Shown: positions 1 through 12,413, numbered from the whole stretch's first letter. The stretch is DNA of 62,389 nucleotides, filler included, from Nemertoderma westbladi (GCA_032718475.1; 3 parts of 3 records of this genome joined end to end with filler, not necessarily neighbours in it), one strand, 5' to 3'. Notes: generated by a model not told the origin, from the sequence alone. Translations and numbers: made by a program.

Positions 1-3000
1 GAATATCGGGAAGTAATTGATACTGACAAGAGGCCTTCTGGAGAACATATCCGACGATTTAATGCTCCTGAAACTTGCGAAGTTGCAGTACTTCTATCAA
101 ATGAAAAGTCAGGATCTCGAGACATCATTATCAGAAAACGATCTAATGAACTCAAACGGGCCACAGAGAGCCACAGGAGCTATGATCCCCTGGCGTATCC
201 TATTATACACCCCCGAGGTGAGGATGGTTGGCACTGGGATCTGAAAATGGGTTGGCACTGGGATCTGAAAATGACCAATCTCAGACGCTTGAGTTATGCA
301 AAGTTTTATGCTTATCATTAGATGGTTCGCCCAGACATATTAAACATCCTTCACCGAACAGGACGATTGTTGCAGCACTATCTGGTAGATATGTTCTGCA
401 AAGTCGAGTCTGAGCGATTGTCATTTTTAAGAAACAATCAAACAGCCCTGCATGCATAATCATATCAAGGTCTATGTGATGCAATGTCATCTTCTGATGG
501 AGCAACTGTCGATGTTGGAAGAATGATTCTTCCTTCCAGCTTTACTGGAGGACCTAGGTATATGTATGAGAAACAACAAGACTGAATGAGTTATGTCCAA
601 TGTTATGGAAATCCTCATTTTTTCCTGACTTTTACATGTAATGGGAAGTGGGAAGAAATCCAAAACGAACTATACCCCAGACAAACATCGCCCGATCGTC
701 CAGATCTGGTAGCAAGAGTTTTTTGTTTAATGGTTGGAGATTTGTTGTCCATCATTACGAAGAACAATATCCTCGGCCGTAATCGAGCTCATATTGGGAA
801 CATCGAATACCAGAAGAGGGGAAATCCTCATATCCATCTCCTGGTGTGGAATGTTCCAGAGGATATTCCAAGGGGGGATACCAACAATGATTATGTGATC
901 GCTGAATTACCTGATCCAGGATCTGATTTGGAACTTTTCAATCTGGTCACTGCTCACATGATTTATGGCCCATGTGGTTCCATTAACCCAGACTCACCCT
1001 GTATGAAGGATGGAGTTTGCCAGAAAACGTACCCGAAGTCATTTTCTGTCAACACAATGATGGCAGCCGATGGATATCCACAATATAGAAGGCGATCTCC
1101 AGAAGATGGGGGGCAGGTTGCTAACATTCGTGTTTGGAGGCGCGGTACCTGGCTGGGAGCTGACATCGACAACCGTTTGGTTGTACCTTATAATCCAAAT
1201 TTACTTAAGACGATACAAAGCCCACATCAATCTGGAGATTTGTGTCTCCATTCACTCAATCAAATATGTTGTGAGCTATATTCAGAAAGGCTGCGATATG
1301 GCTGTCTATGCAATCAAGAATCCCAAAGATGAGATTTCCCATTATGAGGTTGGTCGTTATATAGGCCCTACTGAGGCACTATGGCGAATCTTCGAATTTG
1401 ACATACATTATCGATATCTGGCAGTGATTCGCTTAGCTGTACACCTTGAAAGAATGCAACAAGTATACTTCCGGAGAGGTGAAGAAAATAGAGCTATTGA
1501 GAGTCCTAGAGAAACTACATTGACATCTTTCTTCCGCTTGTGTGAGAAGGATCCATTTGCAAAGACTCTCCTTTACAGGGAAGTCCCAAAATACTTCACA
1601 TATGACCAACAACACGGATGGCGGAGGAGGAAACAGGGAATCAATCACCCCATAGTTTCTGGAATTGTGTCAACAGGAAACATTGGGAGGATCTATACAG
1701 TGAGTCCCAGGCAGCGAGAGATGTTCTTCCTCAGGATGCTACTCTAATATATTTGTGGTCCAACATCATTTGATAATCTCAGGAATATAGACGGGATGGC
1801 ATGTACCACTTATGGGGAAGCCTGTCAATGCATGGGATTAACGGCAGATGATGCTCACTGGAATTCATGTATGAGTGAAGCCAGTGTTGTCAAGAAACCA
1901 AATGCCCTCAGACTCCACCTTGGAGTGATTTTAGTATGTGGTGACCCTGCAGAACCTCTCTCACTTTGGATTGATCATAAACAATCCCTTTCTGAAGATA
2001 TTTTACACAGAGTTCGACGTGATCGAAGGAACCCTGATTTAATACTCGATTTGGCTATTGAAAACGAGTGCCTGTCTCGCCTTCAAAAAACCATTACCAG
2101 TATTGGAGGGGTTAGCTTGAGGGAATATGGGCTCCCAGTACCCGATCCTAGATCTCTGATTGAAGATGATTCATCAAGTTTGGTCACTGAGAATGATATT
2201 AGGATTTTTAACAAAGACGTTAATCGTTTGACAGAGGAGCAGAGATCGATATATGACACCATAATAGCAGCTATAGCAAACAATAGCGGAGGTCTCTTCT
2301 TTGTTGATGCTCCTGGTGGAACTGGGAAAACGATGCTCTCAAATACAATCATCAGGTCCATCCGATGCAATAATCAAAAAGGAATCGCAGTTGCCAGTTC
2401 AGGAATAGCCGCGACTTTATTAGATGGTGGGAGGACTGCTCACAGTGGTTTCAAAATCCCTCTAAATGTAAATAAACTGGATGATGACCGACTTTGTTCA
2501 TTCAAATCAAACTCACATGAGGCTGACAATTTAAGGAAAACTGCTATAATAGTTTGGGATGAAGCCCCAATGATGAGTCGTTTCTCTGTGGAGATGGTAG
2601 ATCGCTCTCTCTGCCACTTATTTGAACAACCCCTACGTCCTATGGTTGGGATAGTAACTGTACTTGCAGGGGAATTCCGGCAAATACTTCCTGTGATAAT
2701 ACATGGAGCAAAAGCAAATACGCTTGACCATTGCCTCAAGAGCTCACCATTGTGGTCTTTGATGATTAAGAAGAGTCTTACTCGAAACATGAGACTTCTT
2801 CTGGGTCAAGATACAGAAGCTGAAGAATACAATCGCTTCCTTTTGTCTATTGGTGAAGAGACCCATCCAATAAATGAGGCAGGGGAGATAACTTTGCCAA
2901 GTGACATTGTTTTCCCAGAAAGCTCCACATTAGAAGTACAACTTTACATATGGCTCTGTACTTGATGAAGAAGACCTTTGTGATCGTTAAATTTTGACTC

Positions 3001-3596
3001 CACTAAATTCAACTATCGATGAGATCAACTTATTCTGCATCGATAAATTTCCTGGAGACCCGATTGAGTACCGCTCAATTGATCGTGCTGAAGATGAAGA
3101 AGAAGATACAAAATTTCCAGTTGAATTTCTAAACACACTCACTCCATCTGGTTTGCCTCCCCATCTCCTTATTCTCAAACCAGGAGTTCCAGTGATGATG
3201 ACACGAAATCTCGACCCTCCTCGGTTGTGCAATGGAACCCGTCTACTTATCACAGATCTCCATCCAAATGTAATCGAGGCTCGGATTGCAACAGGACCTC
3301 ATAAAGGAGAGGATGTTTTTATCCCGAAAATTCCGCTCACGCCGTCAGATGGGTCCTGCCCTATTAGATTTAAACGTTTACAATTCCCCTTGCGTCCAGC
3401 CATGGCGATGACAATCAATAAGGCACAGGGACAAACTCTGAAGAAGGTTGTTGGTTATCTTTCTTATGGTTGTTTTACTCATGGCCAGCTATATGTACTG
3501 CTTTCCCGGGTAACAGGCCGTTGCAGTATAAAACTGTTTTCACCAAACGCAGTGGCCAAAAAAGTAGTATTCAATGAGATTTTTAAAATGTTTTGA
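1..3596 (+). pseudogene. Helitron RepHel protein (HUH endonuclease plus PIF1 helicase), broken by frameshifts and stops
   Basis: Rep motifs FFLTFTCNGKW, EYQKRGNPHIHLL (HUH) and YVVSYIQKG. PIF1 motifs DAPGGTGKT, IVWDEAPM, LAGEFRQILPV, RNLDPPRLCNGTRL, RLQFPLRPAMAMTINKAQGQTL and HGQLYVLLSRV. Spread over ORFs 586-1332, 1070-1747, 1796-2965 and 2994-3596. Confidence 0.93.
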
Positions 3597-3718
3597 AATT
3601 AAATTGATATGTTACTGTATTATTTGTTTTGGTTTTATTTACTGCATATTATTAAAAGGTATTACATGAAAATTCATTATTAACTTGTGAGGCGTGCGAA
3701 GCGCGTCTTGCTTGCTAG
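1..3718 (+). mobile_element. Helitron (rolling-circle transposon), degraded; 5' end outside the window, canonical 3' end
   Basis: Rep/Hel coding remnants (next feature). 3' terminus: imperfect hairpin GAGGCGTGC-GAA-GCGCGTCTT (3689-3709), then CTAG at 3715-3718 followed by T, the canonical Helitron end. Confidence 0.93.
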
Positions 3719-4029
3719 TTAGTTGTAAAGTACTATAGTTCAAATGGACTTTAGTTCTAAACCCAAACATCACTTGTTCTATAAGAAACGTAGTTCTAAT
3801 AAGAAACGTCCTTAGTTCTTTAGTTCTACATGAAAAGGTACTTTAGTTCTAAAGCAAGCATCAGTTGTTCTAATCTGGGCGTCAGTAGTTCTAAACCCAA
3901 TGCCAAAATGCGTACAGTATTCAAAAGTACCAAGGCAAATGAGTATTCCAAAGGTTCATGACATTTTTCATATTCCCCCTGCATTGAGCTGACCCATAGA
4001 AGACGCTTCGCCAATCCTGGAAGTCTGGC

Positions 4030-5380
4030 AGAACGAGTTATTACTTAGTTACAGTCCAGAACAGCCCAATGAACCAAAGGTTATTGTCTACGGTTGCAGA
4101 TATTAGGCGGTTGCAGGTTTCGCGCCACATTGTACTTAATGGTATTTTTAAATACCAACCAATTCTTCCATTTCCATTCGCTCAGTTGTATACCATCAAC
4201 GGCTTCGTTCCGATAAGAATCTTTGCGTCGAGTCGATGCCTCTAGCTTATGCTTTACTTCCCAACAAGAATACATAGATCTACAACTTTCTATACCAACG
4301 CATCAGAGATAGTATCGCTGTAGTTTCAAATGGACAGGGTCTTATACCTGGTGTAACCTGGCACATGGATTTCGAGCAGCCTGCAATAAATGCCATTAAT
4401 GCAGTTTTTCCAGAGATTCATTCGTATTCATGGTTGCGTGTTCCATTTTACTAAGAATCTCAATAAAAAAGGGATGAGTTGGATTGGTGATTCCATGCCA
4501 ACCGGATGATCGCATCCGTATCTGGATGAGGCGACTAGTTTCGATGTGTCTCCTTCCGATTGAGTTAGTATTTCCTATTGCAACAAATATTGTAGCTGTG
4601 GTACCTGCCATTCATGATGTAAACATAAATATTCAGTTGAACAAATATGCTCAGTACTTCACAGATTATTGGTTGAGACCTGCGTTTACCCCTACATGGA
4701 ACAACTGGGATAATGAGGGCCCACGTACGGCCCACGTACGACCCACATACGACCCACGTAGAACCCATGTACAACCCATGTACGACCCACGTACAACCCA
4801 TGTATGACCCACGTACAACCCACGTACAACCCACGTACGACCCACGTACAACCCACGTACGACCCACGTATGACCCACATACGACCCATGTACGAACCAC
4901 ATACGACCAATGTACAACCCACGTACGACCCATGTACGACCCACGTACAACCCATGTACAACCCACATACTACCCATGTACGATCCACGTATGACCCACG
5001 TACGACCAACATACGACCCACGTACGACCCATGTATGACCCACGTACAACCCACGTACAACCCACGTACGACCCACATACAACCCACGTACAACCCATGT
5101 ACAACCCACATACGACCCACATACGACCCACATACAACCCACGTACGACCCACGTACAACCCACGTACGACCCATGTACAACCCACGTACGACCCACGTA
5201 CGACGAGGGAGGCATAATTCTCTGCAACAACGATTTTATCATCGTCACCGAGAACTTGGTGATTTCTTACAACAAGCTCAACTTTGGTATTATTCATACA
5301 TTGTTCACACTAGAAACCTACAAAATGGGAATGCGTTAGAACGCAAGCTAAGAGATCGTGATCTAGCTACAGTTCTTAAC
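4030..5380 (+). pseudogene. MULE/Mutator-type DDE transposase remnant interrupted by a minisatellite
   Basis: Manual translation across frameshifts gives NGIFKYQP...FAQLYTING, MPLAYALLPNK, HMDFEQPAINAINAVFP, IHGCVFHF, YFTDYW...WNNWDNEGPRT, and after the repeat EG-HNSLQQRF. These match MULE motifs DGTF, PxxYALL, DFExA, GCxFH and RTxNxxEGxH. Confidence 0.8.
4720..5203. repeat. 11-bp minisatellite, consensus CCCACGTACGA, about 44 copies
   Basis: Directly visible tandem. Variants are mostly CG>TG/CA. It explains the overlapping repetitive ORFs at 4565-5339. Confidence 0.97.
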
Positions 5381-5384
5381 GTGA

Positions 5385-6977
5385 TCTGGCGATATCTCCT
5401 TTGCAGAAATGAAGGCTGCTGCAAAGAGCATTAAGACCAATCGTGCCAGAGGAGTAGATGATGTTCCCCATGAGGTCTTTAAAATACCTGAGTGTTTAAA
5501 GCTCATCTATCCCATCATAGTAGACATGTACCGAACAACAAGAGTCCCACAAGAAATGAAAACAAATAAGTTGGTGCCAGTTCCCAAGAAGGGCAACCTA
5601 ACACTCTATGGTTCTTTTCGGGAAATCTCATTGATCTCAATTGCTGCAAAGCTATACAATAGAATTCTATTAAATCGCATCAGGGATCCCATTGAGAGAC
5701 TGCTCCGTGGAAATCAGAATGGGTTCCGTAAAGGTCGTGGGACCATGGAGCCCATTTTGGCACTTAGAAGGATAATTGAAGAGTTATCAAAAAAGAAAGA
5801 CAGGCATCTGGCTGTTATCTTTGTTGACTTCTTCAAGGCCTTTGATTCAGTCTCTCGCTCACGTATGTTCAGCATACTTTCATTATATGGGATTCCTGAT
5901 GAAATTATTGCAGCAATCAGATCCGTATACGATGGTTCGACAACATTTGTGTCTACTGTTGATGGTGACACAGAACCATTTGAAGTGTTATGGGGCGTCC
6001 TCCAGGGAGACACACTTGCACCATTCTTGTTCATAATTGTGGTTGACTATGTTCTACGCATGTCCTTAGATCATCATAATGATGATGGGGTGATGATAAC
6101 TCCACCTACTGGCTCCAGAAGTCGAGGAAATCCTGCCAAGTACCTAACTGATCTACACTTTGCTGATGACTTAGGAGTACTCTCAGAATCACTAGAGGGA
6201 GCCCAACGGCTCCTCAGCTCATTAGAACATGCTGCTTCTATTGTTGGTCTTTTTATTAACTCCAGAAAGACCAAAGTTTTGACAGTTAACTTTGAAAGTC
6301 CTCAGCAAGTCTCTGATCGGATGAGCATAAGCTCAAAAGATGGTATGCTTGAGCATGTGGATGACTTCTGTTACCTGGGATCATGGATCCGGAAGTCAGG
6401 TGAGGACCTTCGAATACGAAAGGGAAAGCCATGGGCAGCCTTGAATAGGCTTTCCAGGATTTGGAAGTCACCGAGAATTAATCGGAAACTTAAGATCCGA
6501 TTATTTAGAGCAGCAGTAGTTCCAGTACTCATCTATGGGAGTCCATGCTGGGCTCTAACTGCTGAGGACACCAAATCTCTGGATGGCACATTCACAAGAA
6601 TGCTACGCCGGGTTCATTGTGCCAAGTACAATGCACACATCTCCAACCAGACACTATATAACATTGAAGGTGTCTCATTGGTTCCCATAAGCTTGACACT
6701 AGAACAAAATCGCCCCCGCTTTGCAGGTCATTGCTTTCGCCGTGTGGACCAGCCAGTGCATAATCTTGTACTTTGGCAGCCTCATGGAGTGAATAAGCAA
6801 GGTGGACAGCCCATGACTTTCTTGAGACTCATCTTAAAGGACACTGGCCTTGAAGTTGCGGATGATCTAGCAAATGTCATGGGTGATAGTGAGTTGTGGC
6901 GGTGCAATTTTGTCGATTTTGTTGCACAGCATTCTTAAAAATGCAGCTGCAATGCAGCATGCCGATCCTAGTAGTAG
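5385..6977 (+). mobile_element. RTE-like non-LTR retrotransposon, 5'-truncated; RT ORF 5409-6938 still open
   Basis: RT motifs QNGFRKGRGT, FVDFFKAFDSV, GVLQGDTLAPFLF, LHFADDL and YLGS; C-terminal RFAGHCFR; short 3' UTR ending in (TAG)3. No endonuclease domain is present. Confidence 0.92.
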
Positions 6978-7277
6978 CCCATCTCTTGACATTCTCGCCT
7001 CAACTCAACTCAATTGAATTTATTGTTAATCAACTCAACTGAATTTATTGTTAATCTCTAATTTTTTATTCCAATGTTTATTCCTTTTGTATTGTACCCT
7101 GCCTGGGGGTGTATATTATAATAAATTATTAATGCTTTTCGGGTTTTGTTGGAGATGGGTGTATAATTATTTACAATATACTGTACTGTACAGTACACTA
7201 CAGTTTAGGTCTACATATTAATGTAGCGTTTGCACGCAATGAAATTTTTAGACGGTAAATATTATTTTGCAACGAAA

Positions 7278-7560
7278 TAGGGGGCGACGAAGTAAGCGTG
7301 ATGAGCATATGAGCACCTCTGTTTCAACCATTGTCTGTCTGTCGGTCAGTCCGTCAGTATGTAGGTTGAAGAATGTTTAAAGGCTCATAACTATCAATAT
7401 ATGATAAAATGAAAACAAACTTCGGTGTCAAAAATCCGAATTAGAATTTGAGTAGGGGGACTCAGCTGTTAACCAGTCTACCTCAGAGAGCATCTAGGAA
7501 ACGGTTGAAACAATAGAACCCTTACGCTAAGTTTGCTTACTTCGCCCTGCTCAAAGACCC
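7278..7560 (+). mobile_element. Short non-autonomous Helitron2/Helentron-like (HINE/DINE-type) element
   Basis: Subterminal inverted repeat GGGCG(ACG)AAGTAAGC (7282-7297) and GCTTACTTCGCCC (7535-7547), enclosing a GTCT/GTCC microsatellite. Related heads occur at ~13243 and ~49569. Confidence 0.5.
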
Positions 7561-8042
7561 ACGAATGTGTTGAATAGTTATACAATGTTGATAAGTTCTA
7601 TATGCTTTGCTGGTGATATATACTGTACTGCATGCTATTGATCTAAATTTGAATGCTTCTGTGCTTGAATACTAAGTATATGAGTAATTAAGACCTAATT
7701 AGCTTGCAAACAAACATGTGTTGATTATGTTCTATAAAGCTAATATGATGTATGATGCTATAATGTAATGTACTGTAGTTGTGATGGTAAGCTACATATT
7801 ATCTTAATTGATATGTTCTGGCTTTGAAACTACCATCCCCGCTGTGACTATTTCATATTACAGTAGTCAAGCACATGTGTGGCAATGTGTTAAATAAATA
7901 ATTTACTATATTACTATTAATATTTTAGGAACTGTGGTAATAAATAGCATTGAATTTATAAATGTAACACTAACCACTGCCACGTGGTCATAAAAATAAC
8001 ACTAACCACTGTCATGTGGATATAAAGATAACACTGACTAAC

Positions 8043-8121
8043 CACTGCCAAGTTTCCGACCTTTCTTCCATTTAATTAGTCTTCCCATGGATTCTGTGTT
8101 TTGAAGATCTGAAGGTTTTTC
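8043..8121 (-). CDS. Exon of MAP3K (STE11 family, MAP3K19/YSK4-like) gene; start of the kinase domain
   Basis: Acceptor tttag|GAA, donor AGTG|gttagt. Translates EKPSDLQNTESMGRLIKWKKGRKLGS(G), i.e. kinase subdomain I. Phase 0 matches the preceding exon. The remaining kinase exons were not found in the window. Confidence 0.75.
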
Positions 8122-8264
8122 CTAAATAGAAGTTAAGCCATGTAAGATGTAAAACTAATAGAAATCATGAATACACCTATTGGCTATATTTTATAGCTGT
8201 CGGCGCTCATTAAATTATATTTAGAAAGCTTAACAATCTGGAATGATCATGTAGTTAGACAAAC

Positions 8265-10869
8265 CTGTTCATCGAAGTTGGTGACTTCTTGAACAACCTC
8301 AATCCTGGAAATACTATCGGCACTGGCATTTCTTTCCAATCCTAATTTATACACATAAGCGTCATTCCCTTCCAATAAATCATAATTATGTTTCGAACCG
8401 GCGATATCAGGGGAAATCAACCCGGTCCCAACCTGAGATAGCGAGTTCGGAGTGTCACTACGGCATGCTTCGTACTCCGCGGCGTCGTTGATGCCTCCAA
8501 CAATGTGGTTATAAAGATGTCGAAGTTCCGGCTGAGACCCAAAAGAATCTACCCATGAGTTGGTAGCCACAGTGCCAATCTCAACAGCGTCAGTGCTGCA
8601 CATGGATGCGTCTATTTCCTCAATATCTTCTTCAATGCTCTCACCTTCGCGACTAAAATCATCGGCATGTAGAGTTCTGTTATTAAAGTCGCCTTCATCT
8701 TCAATGTCGCTGACATTATCGCAATCATTACTACTTTGCGAAGTGTCTTCCTGGTTGTATATCCTATTGTATTTTCCGGCAATGTCTTCACTGTGAATCG
8801 AGCTTGTGTTTGAGGACGATGCGTAAAACAACTCTCTGTACTGCGTTGAAAGCTGCACCACATCTTCATCTACCTCAATTGTGTCTGCACGAGGAGTTGA
8901 AGTTACACTGCTATAAGAATCATAACTTCCGTTGTTTTCCTCGATGACATTGTCTTCATCATCATCTGGATTGTCGACTAATGGAATCTCAAGAGGAACG
9001 CTGTCATCATAAAGCATCAATTTGTTGTTAATAACATAATTAAAGTTGTGCTCATCTTCCATTTCCGCTTCATTGTTTGTCGGAATTTCTATATTAGATG
9101 GTTCTGTTCGCTCGCACTCGTCACGACCTCCCGCGTTTTCAATTTCATTAATAATATTATTACAAGGTTCAACAGGACTTGACACTTCGACGGGAGCATT
9201 ATGCAACCTCTTATCGTGGCATTTCGTTGATAATGACCATCCCAAACCGGTAACAAACGCGGTCGTTGTTTCATCTTTTTTGGATACCAATGCCGCCGGG
9301 TCCTCCCCAGCAGCGCCGGCCTTCTTCCTATCTTGCTTTGAGACAATATCTGTGTTTTTCACAGCAGTTTTTGATTTTAACATTGTTGCTGGCGACTTAG
9401 GTACTGTAGTTTTTACGTTCACTTTTACGTTTGCATCTGTTTTAAGATGCTTCTGTGGCGATTTCTTCCGGGTTGTTTGAGACAATTTTCCTGAGGAGGT
9501 AACCTTTCTGATTTTCTCTGATGATCCGCGTATTAATTTATTTGGAGAACTTACGGCAACTTTTCCCGATGAAATCGGTTTACTTTTAACATGTTGGGAC
9601 ATTTTTTTATCGATGTTACTGAATGTAAAACCTACAGATTTGTTAGGACTAGCAGTTCTTGGTTTAGCACCGGATGTTTTAGTTGCGACGGGATGTTTGG
9701 CAGTAAATGGACCTTCGCTGCATTCTGCCGCATCAACTATCACCGGGGTGCGGTGTTCTGTGGCGGCAGGAGTGGAGTTGGACCCAATGAACCGATCCTT
9801 GGAGTACCTGGTGTAGGAGGGGCGACCAGTCTGTAGAGGTCCCTTCGGCTGGCGCGCTGCGCCACCTGTTTGTCGCCCAGCAACCCCAGAGGTACCACTC
9901 ACACTTGGAACCTTAGGGGTTGTCTTAGATCCCGTTGATCTAGCGGATGGCAGTTTATCTTCGTCACCAGCGAGTATCTTTCTTAATCTCACTGTCTTCT
10001 TACCTGGATCTGCGTTAACAACACCCCCTGTATTAGGAACAACCTTCAAATTATTATTTTTAGTTAAGGTTGTTGATGGGTTTGATTTCTTGACAGCTTT
10101 TTGTGACGATGGAGTTCTTACTGACGACACTTGGTTGATTTTTTGATCAAGAGGTCCTTCGCTAGGCTTCAGTTTGCACTTTTGTTCTTTCCCATCTTGC
10201 ATACTTTTAGCAGGGGATTCAGCCTCGCCAGTCACATGATCAGCCTCTTCGCCACGATTACTCAACTCCTGATGTTTAACGAGACCCGCCAACTCCCTCC
10301 GAGAACGCTCGCGCATCAGCACAGCTACGAATTCATCATCTAGTCGGTCGTATTTGGAAGAATATTCTCGTTTCGATGGGGTTTTGGTGGGGAAAGTTGA
10401 ATTTAAGAAAAGGATATCTTGCCCACTTTCTTTGGCAGGGTCTTGCGAAGGGCCAGAGTCCTCAATATTATCCGACTTATTATCCCCCTTAAACTCCTTG
10501 TAATACAATTCGTCGCATTGCTTATTATCAGTTTGTAAAGTTGTTTTTTTCGCATCATCTTTAATATTATAAGTGGTTTTCACAACCTTATCAGCAGAGT
10601 CGACCGCACTTTCTTGCTTCAATTTCTCTTTGAATATATCTAATGGAGTTCGTTTTGGCAGATTCGAAGGTGGCCTTCGATTAGGCATTGTTGATGATAC
10701 ACCAACCAATCGTGTTCTTTGATTTTTTACCAAATTCCGTTTAGCCTTTGCAATTACTGGTGGCTGTGATGAGTTATTATTACCAGACGATACAATAAGG
10801 TTATCCAGAGGAGGTAGCTTGATTTCCGTACGAACACCCATTGAAGTGGTAACATCTTGGTCAGTTAAA
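8265..10869 (-). CDS. Very large internal exon (2605 nt) of the MAP3K19-like gene; disordered K/S/T-rich then acidic region
   Basis: 864-aa open frame. Acceptor ttttttag|T at 10869 (phase 2), donor GAACAG|gtttgt at 8265 (phase 0). Both phases fit the flanking exons. Confidence 0.85.
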
Positions 10870-11137
10870 CTAAAAAAAAAACAAATATAGAGTTGTTATA
10901 ATATTTTAAATATATAATATATAGGTTGCAAAGATAAGAATGTAATACTTTAAGAAATATTAAGGAGTTATTTTGAACAGTGCTAGATATTTATATTAGG
11001 TAATTTAGATAACTTTTATACACGTCTATCAAATATGTAGCTGGATTCAGTTCACCAACAATAAATTTTATCTAAGAATATATAACATAATACACAATAA
11101 TAAACATACACTTCCTTCACCAATATAACACACTAAC

Positions 11138-11495
11138 CCTGACCTATTACTGAGGTTTTCACGCGAAGATAAGGATGATTTGCGATTTCGGTTGGGAGAA
11201 CAGACAGAACTAGGCAGTGGGCTGTCTGTCTGGCAGTCACTGAATGACCGTGTGCGGGTTAAACCCAGACCCATGACGTCACTTCTATGTCCATCACCAC
11301 GCCTCCTATCGACGGTATCAGGACTCGTAGCGACGGTTTCAGGACTCACGGTACATCGCTTTATAACATTATTTGCCGCCGAGTTTCGGACCTCATTGAA
11401 AGAAGCCGCTCTCGGTATATTAGACCGCTGATTGTCTAATATTTCCGCAGGATTGTTTGTTATAATTTCCGTGGCTGAACTACTTCTGTTGTGAC
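11138..11495 (-). CDS. Internal exon of the same gene
   Basis: ttttag|GT...TCAGG|gttagt; 358 nt, phase 1 to 2; open frame HNRSSSATE...NLSNRS. Confidence 0.8.
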
Positions 11496-11596
11496 CTAAA
11501 ACAATCATTGTAATTAGAATTACTGCTACGTCTTACAATCAATTAATCAAAAGTAGATGTACTGAAGATAAATTATCAATGAAGATGTATGCTTAC

Positions 11597-11693
11597 CTTT
11601 TCTAGAAACAGGTCTAGCACCATCGGTAATAGCAACATTTGTCTCTCTTTCATCGACAGTAGTCATGCTTTGAACTTTATTATCACCTTTATC
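11597..11693 (-). CDS. Internal exon of the same gene
   Basis: attag|GAT...AAAG|gtaagc; 97 nt, phase 0 to 1; DKGDNKVQSMTTVDERETNVAITDGARPVSRK. Confidence 0.8.
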
Positions 11694-11759
11694 CTAATAA
11701 TACCAAATATTTTATATTTATTATTATATTGTATAATACTAAATACTATATTGATAAAA

Positions 11760-12018
11760 AGCAGCAGCTTGGTCTAGTGGTGACATTCCTGGGCTTCCGA
11801 TTAGGGAGCCCGGGTTCGATCCCTAGATGGGGCAGCACTGTTTGGGCACGGTGTTTTAAATGCTGCAGCCTAGCCCAACGCCGGCTTTCATCCTTCAGTG
11901 GTCGATAAATGGGAACCAAGGCAACTTGGGAAATAGATTGGCAGGGTTTACTATGGAAGATTACCTATGGTTTTGAACAGGCATTACTTGGCCTAACGAG
12001 CCTAAAAGATTCTCCCTT
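11760..12018 (+). mobile_element. tRNA-derived SINE in an intron
   Basis: A box TGGTCTAGTGG and B box GGTTCGATCCC. Central GCTTTCATCCTTCAGTGGTCGATAAATG resembles the conserved Deu/Nin-type SINE domain (recalled, not searched). Confidence 0.75.
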
Positions 12019-12336
12019 TCATATTGAAAAATGGAATTGTATCCTAGTGTGGTGGTTGATAACTGTCATTGTCTTATGAGTATATGTGATATGCCGGTAC
12101 TGGGAATACATTACTTTATGGGGAACAACAATATTATTTGTCTTATATCTATTTTGGAAGACGCACTCAACCTGAAAGTGATACATTATGTCTAGACCAA
12201 CGTTGATGACCTTCACACAAACAGCTGTTCTATTAACTCTACAGCCCTATTACACTTAATTTACTACATTAAATAAAAATTTTTATATATATTCGAATAA
12301 AACATTTTATATACTTAGGTAAAAAAATCTGATTAC

Positions 12337-12413
12337 CTGAGTTTGACAATCTTCTACGTCGACACTCCTGACACTGAGTAATGACATAGATCGGGGGTCC
12401 TTCTCCTTGGTTA
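12337..12413 (-). CDS. Internal exon of the same gene
   Basis: cttctag|TA...CAG|gtaatc; 77 nt, phase 1 to 0; TKEKDPRSMSLLSVRSVDVEDCQTQ. Confidence 0.75.

Noticed and set aside
4565-5339. Repetitive proteins (PTYDPRTTHV / VVRGSYVGRTW) in many frames
   Set aside because: By-products of a stop-poor 11-bp minisatellite.
8247-10841. Stand-alone 864-aa single-exon gene
   Set aside because: Good splice sites at both ends join in phase to neighbouring exons, so it is an internal exon.
11760-11835. Functional tRNA genes here and at ~48290, 53850, 54020 and 56720
   Set aside because: A and B boxes are present, but acceptor and anticodon stems do not pair and SINE bodies follow in the better-preserved copies.
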